A DNA stretch of 63,210 bases, counting the filler, from Corallochytrium limacisporum Hawaii (Eukaryota; Protista; Pluriformea), in assembly GCA_002811645.1 (NCBI GenBank). It is 5 parts of 5 records of this genome, joined end to end, with 100 filler letters (N's around TTAATTAATTAA, not from the genome) between each part and the next. Parts side by side here need not be neighbours in the genome. Positions count along the whole stretch, not along the records: positions 1 to 20,540 come from PDIP01000268.1; positions 20,641 to 39,743 come from PDIP01000162.1; 3 more parts are not named here. One strand, written 5' to 3'. Below are positions 11,076-22,348 of the stretch, in pieces. Within the stretch, counting starts at the first letter, position 1, and the number at the start of each line of letters is the position of its first letter. The notes below the pieces were generated by a model. That model saw only the letters and a program-made list of their open reading frames with translations, ran no database searches and was not told the DNA's origin. The position numbers and the translations under genes are program-made.

Positions 11076-12608
11076 TCAAGCCCCACGGCTGGAAGGATTC
11101 TCCTGCACCGGGCGCAGAAACATGGGTGCCCCCTTTTTCAACCCCAGAGTGATCGTGAAGATCTCCTCATATTCACTGGGCTTTTTGGCAAGGGTAAATT
11201 CAAACGCCTGAAGCAGTTTGGCCACCACCACACGCATCTCCAGTTTAGCCAGCCGTTCACCAATGCAGTTCTGTGGTCCGGATGAGAATGGCAAATAAGT
11301 TCCCGGCTTTGGGGTAAAATCCTTGTCGAGCCAGCGGGATGGCTTGAATGTCTTGGGGTCGTCCCAGTTCTTCGGGTCTGTCTGGATGTAGCCGATGGGC
11401 ACGATAATCTCGCTACCGAAAGGGATCTGGTATTTGCCTAGTTGAAATCCATTCTCAGCCACTTGTCTGCCCACGAACGGCGCAACAGGATGCAGACGGA
11501 GAGATTCCTTCATAACCGCATCGAGAAGAATGAGCTTGTCCAGAGACTCATACGGAATTTCATCGAATCCTTCGCCGAGGACTTCGTTCAATTCCTGGCG
11601 GATCTTCTGCTGTAGATCTGGGCGCTGAGCCAGCTCAAAGAGCGTCCAGGTCATAGAGTTTGCGGTGGTCTCGTGGCCGGCACCAAAGAACATCAACGCT
11701 TCGTCCATGACCTCCTCCAAGGTCATGTTTTCTCGCTCTCCTGCCCTCAGCAGCAGAGACAGCACGTCCTTCTCATCGTCCATGGAGCCTGTGGTCGGCT
11801 CATCAGCCCGTGCCTCAATTTTGTCCATCATGTCCTTCTTTAGATAGTGCAATGCTTCCTTGAATTCATCCGCGTCCGACAGAAATCCCCAGAACGGTTG
11901 CGGCACATCGAATCGTTTGACAATGCCATGGGCCACGACATCGACGCGTTCGTAGTAGTCCTTGAGGGTCTCACGGATTGCTTCCTTTTCCAAGCCGAAA
12001 AGTGCCTCAAACAGGACCTGCAATGCAGCCACGTTGCAGTGGTAGTGAACATCAACAGTTGTTGGGCCATTCTTGCCCGCCGCTGCGTTCTGCTCCATGA
12101 TCTCACGGAATTGCTCAACCAATCCACTGCCCACACCGCTGGTCAGCTCGCATACTTGCTTCAGTCGCGAAGTATTGAAAGCGGGCAGGACAGCTCGACG
12201 GTGTTGACGCCAAACGTCACTTTCCAACACAAGTAACCCGTTGGATAGAAGGACAAAACTCTTCTTCAGACCTTTGGTGCGGAGGACGCTACCCTCGCCA
12301 TTGATCTGCTTCAGAACCTCCCGAACGAGCATGGGATCCTTGCATATCACACCCGTGCCATTAAGAACAACTTTGAATTGGAGCAGATCCTCACCGTTGG
12401 AGTGCATTTCGATGGCTTTCATGAACCATTGATGCGCTTTACCTTTCTGGTTCGCTGCAGCAATTTCCGGCAAGCTTCCCAAGGGCCATGACGAAGGTAT
12501 CCGGGTTATACCCGAGACATACGTAAACCTTGTCTTTGTGGCAACATAATATGTTCCCAATACAACAAAAATGGCCAGAAGGACCATATAGACACTGGCT
12601 GTCGCCAT
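11076..12608 (-). CDS. Cytochrome P450
   Basis: N-terminal membrane anchor, WxxxR, I-helix FFGAGHETTA, ESLR, PSRW, heme loop FSSGPQNCIG. Confidence 0.96.
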   Translation of the reverse strand: MATASVYMVLLAIFVVLGTYYVATKTRFTYVSGITRIPSSWPLGSLPEIAAANQKGKAHQWFMKAIEMHSNGEDLLQFKVVLNGTGVICKDPMLVREVLKQINGEGSVLRTKGLKKSFVLLSNGLLVLESDVWRQHRRAVLPAFNTSRLKQVCELTSGVGSGLVEQFREIMEQNAAAGKNGPTTVDVHYHCNVAALQVLFEALFGLEKEAIRETLKDYYERVDVVAHGIVKRFDVPQPFWGFLSDADEFKEALHYLKKDMMDKIEARADEPTTGSMDDEKDVLSLLLRAGERENMTLEEVMDEALMFFGAGHETTANSMTWTLFELAQRPDLQQKIRQELNEVLGEGFDEIPYESLDKLILLDAVMKESLRLHPVAPFVGRQVAENGFQLGKYQIPFGSEIIVPIGYIQTDPKNWDDPKTFKPSRWLDKDFTPKPGTYLPFSSGPQNCIGERLAKLEMRVVVAKLLQAFEFTLAKKPSEYEEIFTITLGLKKGAPMFLRPVQENPSSRGA

Positions 12609-14841
12609 GGTTATAGATCAGTAGCCGGTCCTCTATTCTGAAATTTCAGGCCGTCAGATATCCTTGCTATCCTCGATGGTCTCTGTTGACATAGTCCAGA
12701 GTGTTGTTGTTACATGGTTCCTTTTCATACCCTTCAGGGTGTCCTGTTATGTAGAAAATCCAGACGGTCATCCACAAACAAGCCTGTTGCTGCAATGCGC
12801 ACCCGCCCTGTACCAAACAAACGTAAACCTGGATTCCACAGGGAACAGACCCGCCGTTCGTCTCCCCGCTTCCTGAGGCTTTTTGGGCTGGATGCCCCGC
12901 TAACTTCGTCATTCGTCAGCTGAACTACTTGAAATTTCTTTCGAAGATCAAAGTTCGTTCCAAATTATTGTCCTAACGTCCTTGCTGTTCCTGCTCACCC
13001 TTTTTCGGTCAGTGCACCCCTCACTCACTCACGGGGCTTGGCTACAGTCTTGGGTACTGACAGGCCAAACGTATAACATCACCCAGTTAAGTTTATAAAA
13101 TTTTGCGATGAAATTCCATAACCCTGTGCCGCATTCATATGACCGATTTCAACAAGCGAGCTCTTTCGATGCATCGGCATGAATGCCAAGATCTTAGCAT
13201 TCGCCGCACACGCCCATCACACGTACACACTTTTACTCATACAGCATCCTGCTTACACATCTATATGGATGTTAAAGACTTCCTCATATGCGTAGAAGAT
13301 GTCATGCCGTGGTGCGTGTATGCGTAGCACTTTGCAGACTGGTGTCTAGCAACACAGGCCTTAAATCTTCCAACCAAGTCCTCCGGTGTCTAGCCGCCGC
13401 GGGGTACCAAAGGGACACCGCTTCAGTACCGAGAGAGCTCCCGTGACTGCGCGTCAAACCTGCGCCCCTAATTCGCCTACGAGTGCGTTCGCCTCCTCTC
13501 AACAAGGATGTTCTCGTCAGCTGACCCAAGAAAAATCCGAACGAAAGCATCTCCCGTACCTTTGGGTTTCTGGAGGCTCGCGTGTGTGTGTGCGTGTGCG
13601 AGCAAGTCAAAAGCAGCAGGGCTGAGCGTTCGGTTTCCGATTGTTTTTGCTCCCTGGTTTGTGTAGTGGCCCCGTTCCACCTGAAAACACATGTGCTTGA
13701 GGCCTCTGGGTGATAAAAACGTTGATAAATACGTTAACGAATGTCCAAAAGAAACCTTGCTGTGGATACCACCTACCGTCCCCGACTCCTTCCGCCTAGG
13801 AAAGTGCGGGGCAAGAACTTACGATGAGAGGAAGTGGAAGGTGAAAGCAGGACGGATTGAGATTGGTGCCAACGAGACCATCCGGGCATTCTAAGAGCTC
13901 AATCACAACTGGTGAGCGATGAACCAGAGTCATTGTGTTTTGGGTCCCAAAGCAGGGCTCAGTCCCTGGTACGTCCCCGTGTTCAACAGGTATCATATGT
14001 ATCACAAGCACCAATGGAGGTCAGTCAAGAACACACCCTTTGCCCAATCATAAAATAGACTCCCAATAAACGGTATATTTTCTATGCAATCGATTCAGAG
14101 ATACGCAAGTTTGACGGACGGAAGCGGTTGGAGGAAGAATAGTTGCACCACCAGGCGCGCCTACGCTGCCACCGCGGACTGCAGCGCTGCAAAAATGCCG
14201 AAGAACGCATCCAATAAATGGTCCCTGCTTGCACTCTCTCTTTGATTTATCTTGCGAACCAGCCGAAGCCTGATCGGTTATTGTCATCCATCTGCGTACA
14301 TTGCGTGACAATGAGCCTAAAATTGGGGACGAGGGTGCGCAGGGGGGGGGCGGGGAAGGAGAGCCGCAGCAGCAGGCAGGAGAGAGAAGAAAACAATGGC
14401 AGGTGAGTAGAACGCGGTTCAGAGGCGTGCCGACCTGGTCAAGTCACGGTTTGGCCGGCAAACACTCTCTCCAAAAAGACCTTTGTGACAAATGAGTTTG
14501 TAACTTTTTAGTCGCACACAATGGGTTTGCGGGAAGTTGCGCCCGTTTCTTGCCGTTGTCGACATTGTTCGCAATTGCAACTTGCATATGAATTTTCTCC
14601 CGGAAGTCAATCAATACTGTTGATTGGTGATTTCAATTATCGAATCGGGCTCAAGGGGGGGGGGCTGGGGGAGATGTTGAGTGGCAGTTTTGTGGGCGGT
14701 AGGCGGAGCGGCATTCCACAACCGAAAGGTATTTCGCTTCGACTATGCCGGATGCATTCTCCCTGCGCACAGTGGCAAAGAAATTGAAACTGCAGGATTG
14801 CAATGTAATATACAGAATGTAACGGTGTCTTTCTATGCACC

Positions 14842-15129
14842 ATGGATTCGTTACAGAGGAAGCTGGACGATATGGCTGTTGAACACGATGACAATCTCAG
14901 AACATGCAAGCGGTGCCATCAGATCTATAATCCGAAAAACAATGGCAGATCCAGCTGTCGTTATCATCCTCTGACCTGGATCTGCAGATGGCACCCACCA
15001 GATCATTACAGTGTAGAAGAAAAGGGAGGCGGAGTTGTGTGGGACGGCAAGAACTGGGACTGCTGTGGTGCAGAGCAGTACGAGGCACCGGGCTGCGCAA
15101 CGACATCACATGTATCCTACGATGACTAG
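14842..15129 (+). CDS. Small CHORD-like Cys/His zinc-binding protein (95 aa)
   Basis: CKRC..Y.P..N...CRYHP...WDCCG......GC...H.SYDD pattern; strong ACCATGG start context like neighbouring genes. Confidence 0.8.
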   Translation: MDSLQRKLDDMAVEHDDNLRTCKRCHQIYNPKNNGRSSCRYHPLTWICRWHPPDHYSVEEKGGGVVWDGKNWDCCGAEQYEAPGCATTSHVSYDD

Positions 15130-16497
15130 TTATTTCAAATCTCATTTAGAACAATAGAATCCCTATGTGAACTTTGTCTCAGCACCACATCCTTTCAAGG
15201 AACCATTGGATGTTTGGGAGAGCCAACAACCATGCCCACCCCTCGCCCGGATGCTTTCCTGACCGGTAAACGAAAATGAATCTAAATTGTAGAGATTGTT
15301 TTAAATGCAATCAAATGTCCTCCCCTCCCGGCTGGGTGAGAACCGCAATACCAGTTCCCAGCGACACGCTGCCCCTACCCTACTATTTTTGTCCGGAGTT
15401 TTCTCAGTTTCCCTGTGTCAGTAATAAGCGAGGAAGAGAATCGCAAATGTCATAGTAAACATACCAAAGATCGCAGTGACCCTCCCCCGTTTGGAGGAAA
15501 CGAAAACAGTGTTGCGAAGAATCATACAAAGGATAAAGTGGAAGATAGCAATGGCAGCGCAGTTGATGGTGGAAGCCGATTTGGGTAAAAACTCCACCTC
15601 GCCAATACTTCGCAAGTATAGCGATAAGAGAAGTGGTACACCAAAAAGGCGAATGAAGAAATGGAGATATTCTCTTAATAGAAAAAAAACAAGAATGGTG
15701 AGAGAGTGCGACTACCTCCAACCAACCAACTAGCGGGGATGTTACCTTAGCTCTATTTTTTGCAAGCACCACTCCCATTCCCCTTCTTTCCTTCCTCCAA
15801 TCCCGCTTCCTACGCCTTCATTTTGTGGAAGTCGACCGGTAAAGCACCGCGAGTGTTGGTATTCACGCAGAAACACACCGCTTATTTCTTGGCGCGCTGA
15901 CAACGCGCGACTTCATTTCTCCCCTTCCCCCCCCCCCTCGCCACCACCTTCTCCGCCGGCTCTCTTCATTTTGCACCCCATCCCCATGGGCAGGGCGTGC
16001 CCAAAGGTGTCCATCGCGGCGGTTCTGCAGAGAGATTAAATAGAGAAAAAGGAGAGGGACACACTGATTTTGAGGTTTGTTGGAAAACCCCCAAGCCAAA
16101 TAAATTCCTTAACCGTTCAACACAAGAATTCTTCAACCCAAGAAATCTGCCACGGTTCCCATGTCTCCAGCATTTGATTGTGGAGGTTTTGGTGACACCA
16201 GTCGTCTTTGTGCACAGTCGGTGCGCTTTGCGGTCGTCGTTCTTGATTAGTGGTTATGGGACAGGGCCCATGAACTGGAACCAACGGAGTGGATGCAAAG
16301 TGCGTAGTGACAACAACTATCCAAAACTAGAGAGCAGCGAAATCACTGCCCGTACGAATTCTACATGGTACTTATCAGGTAAGGCTTGGTAAGTTAATGG
16401 TGCCTGAATTGGTGAGACTAGAGACAACGGAGTCGTTATCTGGTCTCGCGCAAGTACAAGTTTTTTCTATTGACAGGCACTAGATCAAACAGTAACC

Positions 16498-17982
16498 ATG
16501 GCAGAATGGACAACTGTGTTGGCGGTCTCTGTGGCGCTCGTGGTGGTGGCAGTCACTGCGTTCATGGTCGTATTCCAGCCCAAGGAGTATGACTTCCCTC
16601 AGTTGGAGAGTGATCGCTTCTGGGGCGCGTGGAAGCTGTTCGGCTCGTACGCCAAGAAAATGCAGGTGCATTTATTTTTCCACGATATGTGGAAAGAGTA
16701 CGGGGATATGTACGTGTTCGAAGCACTTTTCAACTACCCAGCTATTGTGATCACTGATCCTGACGGTGCACGTGAGATTTTGCGGAGTGTTGCGGGTGAC
16801 GGAGATGTGGAACGCAGTACGACAGGGAAGCGCGGATTTGCCCGCTTCTGCAAGAATGGTCTTTTGGTTCTTGAGGGTGACAAGTGGCGCAGCCACCGGC
16901 ACTTGGTGCTGCCGGCCTTCAGTACCTCCCGCCTCCGCGCGGTGAGTGATGTTACGGATGATGTCGGCAAAGAGTTGACCAGTCGCTGGCTGGCACACGA
17001 TCCGGACACAGTCTGGGACGTGCACCGGGAGTTGAACAACATGGCTATGCAAGTGCTTCTTAAGACAGTGTTTAGTCTTGAGATGGATGTCGTTAATAGC
17101 CCTAATGTGAAGGTTGCGCAGGCTCTGGAGGAAATGATCCCGCAAGTGACAAGACGGTCGCGCTACCCGAAGTTCTTCCATCGTTTCCTCAAGGATGAAG
17201 ACGCTTTTAAGGCCAACCGGCAGTACCTGCGTGATTATGTGACTTACCTCTTGCGGGAGCGGCAGGCCGTAGCTAATTCCTTGGACAAGAGCTCGGACAA
17301 GGATGTTCTGAACCTACTAATGAAGAACGCAGTCAAAGGAGAGATTGATGAGGACGACATGGTGGACGAGGCTCTGATGTTCTTTGCCGCTGGCCATGAG
17401 ACCACTGCCAACACGCTAACCTGGATCATCTTCCGCATTTCCCAGGACAAGGAGCTCGTCGCGCGTATGCGTAAGGAAGTTGTCGAAGTCTGCGGCGCCA
17501 ACCCTGACGGTGCCATTGAGTACGATGATCTGCCGAGGCTTGAGCTTATCGATGCGGTCATCAAGGAGTCACTTCGACTCACACCTGTCGCCCCTGTGAC
17601 CTCTCGCTGGCTTGTCCGCGACTTTGAAATCCAGGGTAAGACTGTTCCTAAGCACTTCAACGCTGTCATCAACATTTACTCCCTGCACCGGCATCCAAAG
17701 TACTGGGACGACCCAGAGACCTTCAACCCGGACCGTTGGTTGGAGAAGGACTTTGTACCTCGTCCGGGCAGCTTCCTGCCCTTCGGTAGTGGACCTCAGG
17801 GCTGTATTGGTGAGCGACTGGCCAGGACAGAAATGAAATCGTGTCTGGCGCGACTTGTGCGTGAGTTTGACTTTGAACTGGCCACTGACGATCCCGAAGC
17901 CCTCATGAACAGTGCCGAGCATAGCATTACGCTCGGATTGAAGAAAGGATGCCCAGTGCGGGTTAGGCCGTTCGCACACTAA
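16498..17982 (+). CDS. Cytochrome P450 (paralogue of 11076-12608)
   Basis: TM anchor, GLLVLEGDKWRSHR, FFAAGHETTAN, ESLR, PDRW, FGSGPQGCIG. Confidence 0.96.
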   Translation: MAEWTTVLAVSVALVVVAVTAFMVVFQPKEYDFPQLESDRFWGAWKLFGSYAKKMQVHLFFHDMWKEYGDMYVFEALFNYPAIVITDPDGAREILRSVAGDGDVERSTTGKRGFARFCKNGLLVLEGDKWRSHRHLVLPAFSTSRLRAVSDVTDDVGKELTSRWLAHDPDTVWDVHRELNNMAMQVLLKTVFSLEMDVVNSPNVKVAQALEEMIPQVTRRSRYPKFFHRFLKDEDAFKANRQYLRDYVTYLLRERQAVANSLDKSSDKDVLNLLMKNAVKGEIDEDDMVDEALMFFAAGHETTANTLTWIIFRISQDKELVARMRKEVVEVCGANPDGAIEYDDLPRLELIDAVIKESLRLTPVAPVTSRWLVRDFEIQGKTVPKHFNAVINIYSLHRHPKYWDDPETFNPDRWLEKDFVPRPGSFLPFGSGPQGCIGERLARTEMKSCLARLVREFDFELATDDPEALMNSAEHSITLGLKKGCPVRVRPFAH

Positions 17983-19744
17983 AGGTCACCGCGACTCATT
18001 GTGTGTTTGCGAATCAGCTCAGGTTTCATCCAAGCAGAGACTCACAATCGTCGTTTGTGACGCTGCCCTCATCAACTTGTAATCCCCATTTGTACTAGAC
18101 CATCTGTCCACATCATCAACATCATCATCACATTGATTACTTGGTTGTGTATATTAAAGAACATAGCTTGTTGTCCACTTCGCCATCTTTGTCAGTTCCA
18201 AGTTTTGAAGTTCTTCCTCTCATGACTGGTTGGATTTCCCAGAATGTGGAGACTTTGTGATGCTATGCCTTTGGTTTTGTAAGCGTTGACGAGCAGCGCC
18301 CCAGCGGATATGCACAAGAAAAAGTTTTATGGTAGCGCAATCTGAAGACGACGATGCTTGGAATGGGCACACGATGATTCTGGTGAGTAAAACAATTTCA
18401 CTCTGCGACTCTCAGTTCAAGGAGAGATCCAACGAGCACTCGGATACAATAGCGCTGCCTTCCCCTGATCACAGGTCACCTGTTACCGCCCTTTCTACGG
18501 GAAAACTCTTCTCCAGTTTTGCGTAGTACTCTGACCACCGGGTCACCCTGTGTCATTGCCTACTTTTGCCCAGCAAATTTGTTCCCAACCTTCGTCTGTT
18601 TTCACTTGTCCATAGCCGATTTGTACTGTGGTATCCCCCCCCCCGGCGGGCGAACGTTTTCTTTAGGTGCTGAGCGGGTCAACCGCTGAGCTGTGCCATA
18701 CAACCTTTCTTTCCTGCGTCCCCTCCCCCATCTTCCGGGCCCCCGGGGGTCAGCTGACACAGAAGACCCCCCTGCACAGGGTTAGCGTGGCAGTTTGGGA
18801 TTTTAAGGCACAAAACCCGATCGTTTCGCGCTCTGTCTTTTCCGGGATGCCGGCTCCGCCACAGGACCGAAGAATCCATTCACTGGCAGCGGTCAACTTT
18901 GCAACCGGGACAAGTGGGTGCACGCGGTGACAGCCTTCCATTCCTGGCAGGCTCAAAGCGCCCAGATTTTCCTCCCTCATCCTACTACCCTACCACTACA
19001 CCGGTACTGCAGTCTACTTATTGCGAGGCTGATACTGGCCGTCTATGGCTTAGGCGAGAAATTGAGAAACAAGATCTCTTAGGCACCTCTCAACTGCCAC
19101 CACCTGTACACTCGGGGTTGCCCACCCGATTCGTGGGCATGCTCAACTAATTGGCTGTCATCATTTGCAGCTTTCTTACCAGTGGGGCGGTCTCATATCC
19201 TTCTTGGTAGCACGCCCGATGATGATGGTGAAAGTCTCTATGGAATCTTTTTGAATTTTCGGGACAATTCTTACTGTCGAGGGCACTGCCTGCGATATAG
19301 CCTTCTACCATCCCCCCTCCCAAGGCAAACTCGTAACCTGATGATACTGTAGTGGACATGGTAAGCAATGTCTCATTGTTGATGGCAACAGGTCCGGACG
19401 GCATGCAGCTGTTGTAGCAGGAGATGGCCGAACTGCCAGCTCATTCTTGCCTCTTTCATTCCATAAGCTTTGATGCCGGCCCCTCATTAGAAAATCCTGG
19501 CGCGACCTTCCCCCCCCCCCAAGCGTTTCGTGAACGTTGTATCCCACTTTCCTTATCGGACATGAGCGGCAGGCCCACACGATACGAAATGTTTTTCATC
19601 GACCACAAGACTTTGAAACCGTTCGCTTGTTGGTATTGACGTGCTCTTGGAGACTTTGGCCATTGGAATGTCGACGGATACACCGCAGACGCCGAAAAGC
19701 GGGCTTGGCGGAAAACAAAAGTTCTAAGCCTTTACAAGCGAAGG

Positions 19745-19786
19745 ACACATCGGGGTACGAATATCGGGGTAAGAATATCGGGGTAC
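19745..19786 (+). repeat. Three 14-bp tandem units with core ATCGGGGTA
   Basis: acacATCGGGGTAc gaatATCGGGGTAa gaatATCGGGGTAc read directly. Confidence 0.85.
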
Positions 19787-20110
19787 ACAGAATGCAAGGG
19801 GCCAGCCCACTGAGGACCGGCCTAAACCAGGCGTGTTACTTTCCGAAATCTCTTGCTTTTGTGTGTCAACTCAATATGCAGTGGTGCACATCAATTATAC
19901 GCTTTCTCGGTCAGGCCTGTTTGATTTTCGTCTGTATCTGCTAAACGAGAACTCCTCATCCTCTACAATTCAGGTATTTGATGCAGTGTTCCTGTTGACA
20001 ATGAGCCACAAAGGACTATATCAAAATGTCTTGCCCAATCTGCTAAATTTCCTTTACCTGACACTGGAGATAGTCAACTCCTATCAACCGTCGGGTCACC
20101 AAATTTCATT

Positions 20111-20540
20111 ATGGAGACGACACAAATACTTGGGGTGGTGGTCGCTCTACTGGCAGTATGTACTGCGTGGTTTATCTACACATTCACTTCTAGAAGGCTA
20201 CCGGGAATCCCCGGTCCCAAGCCAGAGTTCTTCTTTGGGAACATGCACACTCTGTGGGAATGGGGCAGTCGTCGTCAGAACTTCCTCTTATTCAATAAGT
20301 GGAGCGAGGAGTACGGAGACATCATGACATTCCAGTCCCTGTTCAACCATAACGCCGTCATGGTACGGGATCCGGTAGTTGTTCGGGAAGTGCTAAAGAA
20401 CGTCGCTGGCGATGGCGTCGTGCTGCGGAGTCCGACTTTGAAGCGCGGGTTCGCATATCTGTCGAAGGGTCTGCTCGTGCTTGAGGGTGATGAATGGCGT
20501 CGCCACCGTCATTTAGTCCTACCCGCCTTCAACACTGCCC
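20111..20540 (+). CDS. Cytochrome P450, 5' part only (cut by contig end)
   Basis: TM anchor, PGP hinge, EVLKNVAGDG and GLLVLEGDEWRRHRHLVLPAF, closely matching the 16498 CYP; the ORF runs into the N spacer. Confidence 0.92.
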
Positions 20541-20640
20541 NNNNNNNNNNNNNNNNNNNNNNNNNNNNNNNNNNNNNNNNNNNNTTAATTAATTAANNNN
20601 NNNNNNNNNNNNNNNNNNNNNNNNNNNNNNNNNNNNNNNN
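20541..20640. other. Artificial contig spacer
   Basis: 44 N + TTAATTAATTAA (stops in all six frames) + 44 N. Confidence 0.98.
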
Positions 20641-20866
20641 AACCCTAACCTTAGTTGCGGTAGTACTTTCCTTAAGTCGGATGCCACACCTTTTCGCCCG
20701 CTCCCTCGATATGTCGTCACCCTGATCGAGAAATGTACTACCTCGACTCAGTACTGTGGGGAATTCTTCTGTAGCATTTGATCTATGCAAAACATTTCAA
20801 AGAGGAAATATATCAGTAACTGTTTTATAGCTTAAAGGGTTTTTTCAAATCTGTTCTTTAGGTGGT

Positions 20867-22348
20867 TTAGTCTTGCCAACGGTGGGCAGATGCATCTGGC
20901 TTATTGCGTCCGGTGATCTGGGGCCAGTACAGTGCTAACACGACACACAATGAACTTGCAAGCATGCATGAACCGGCCATCATAAACGCAGCCGTTGGAC
21001 TTATCACAAGGATAGCACCGACAGCAACAGGACCGACGAGTTCACCAACTGCCCGTCCAGAACCAGAGAGGCCCAAAAGATTAGCTCCATCGCGGGTATT
21101 GTACCAGTCGCTGATCAGACACGCTTGGACGGAAACTTGGCCGCCGCTGGAGCAACCGTAGAGGATGGCAAAGATGAAGATGGACCATGTCGTCGTACAG
21201 ATCGGCCAGAGGAAAAGCAAGATGCCAGCCACAGCTAGTGAGGAATACAGCACTCGAGCACGGCCAACTCTGTCTGCAATCCATCCTGCAATAGGTTTTG
21301 ATACGGCATTGCCACCGGCCAACAGACCTGAAGCGACAGCGGCAAGTGTCGTCGAAACACCATGATCTTCAGCCCAAGTAACCAAGAAGAAGATGGGTGC
21401 AGCGTAGCCAAAACTAAACAAGATGTTAGAAAGGAAAATGAGTGAGAAGCGCCCGTCGCGGAACATATTCCAGGGAATATTTGTCTTTTTGACATCACGT
21501 TTCGGAGGAAGACGGTCCTCTGCAAGGAGTACAGCCACACCGATTACGCAGAGCACAAAGATGGTACTAATTCGGAATGTATCTCTCCAGCCAACCGCAT
21601 CAATGAGGTGAGAGGCAATCGGGGAATAGATGAGACCACCAAATCCAAGACCACTGGCCCCGAGGCCCATCATGACCGCCTTTTTCTTCTTAAACCACAT
21701 GACAAGAATGCCCATTGCAGGGTACATGCACATGCTTAGGCCCCCGCCTATCATCACACCGTATGTAATGTACAATTGCCACACCTCAGTGACAAAGCTA
21801 CTAGTCAGTAGTCCCAAGGCTGCAAGAATGCCGCCAAAAATAATTACCATCTGAGACCCAAAGCGGACAGCCCATGCCCCGGAAAACGGACCTCCTAATG
21901 CGCGCAGAGTCAAACACATGGCACCGGGCCATGCAGCCAAAGCCAGAGAAGCGTTAAGATCATCAGCAATACGAGGCAGAAACACACCCCAGCTCAAGCT
22001 CAGCATGCCTACTATTAAAGAGACCAGGAAAAGCACAACTACCTGCCGATAGGCGTACTTTGTGTCAATCAAGTGAGCCTTGTGGGCAAGGCGTTTCTTG
22101 GTACTGCCACCCCGAGAGTCTGATTCATCCTGCTCTAGCGGAGGAATTTCATTGTGAGACCTCACCGGAGCTTCTGTTATTCCTATACTTTTGTTGAGAG
22201 GCCTGGGCCTCGTGATTCTGTCTGCACCGTTCATGGGCTCCAGATTGATATATTCCGGGGCCCGGGCCGAATCATTTTCTTGAGGTGACATGAGTGATGC
22301 AGTGGAAATTGGCCGTGGTGTCTTTGAGATGCTGCAACAAGCTGCCAT
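20867..22348 (-). CDS. MFS transporter, monocarboxylate (SLC16/MCT-like) family
   Basis: About 12 hydrophobic segments; WQLYITYGVMIGGG, WFKKKK..MG, GWR, GWIADRVGR. Confidence 0.88.
   Translation of the reverse strand: MAACCSISKTPRPISTASLMSPQENDSARAPEYINLEPMNGADRITRPRPLNKSIGITEAPVRSHNEIPPLEQDESDSRGGSTKKRLAHKAHLIDTKYAYRQVVVLFLVSLIVGMLSLSWGVFLPRIADDLNASLALAAWPGAMCLTLRALGGPFSGAWAVRFGSQMVIIFGGILAALGLLTSSFVTEVWQLYITYGVMIGGGLSMCMYPAMGILVMWFKKKKAVMMGLGASGLGFGGLIYSPIASHLIDAVGWRDTFRISTIFVLCVIGVAVLLAEDRLPPKRDVKKTNIPWNMFRDGRFSLIFLSNILFSFGYAAPIFFLVTWAEDHGVSTTLAAVASGLLAGGNAVSKPIAGWIADRVGRARVLYSSLAVAGILLFLWPICTTTWSIFIFAILYGCSSGGQVSVQACLISDWYNTRDGANLLGLSGSGRAVGELVGPVAVGAILVISPTAAFMMAGSCMLASSLCVVLALYWPQITGRNKPDASAHRWQD

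Noticed and set aside
12700-14300. Short ORFs in the large spacer (similarly 18000-19500 and 22400-23600)
   Set aside because: May be further relics, but I could not assign any family by eye.
20585-20596. TTAATTAATTAA repeated four times in the window
   Set aside because: Always centred in 100-nt N blocks; an assembly linker, not biology.
20641-20654. AACCCTAACC at a contig start, resembling a TTAGGG telomere
   Set aside because: Fewer than two units; too short to call without reads.
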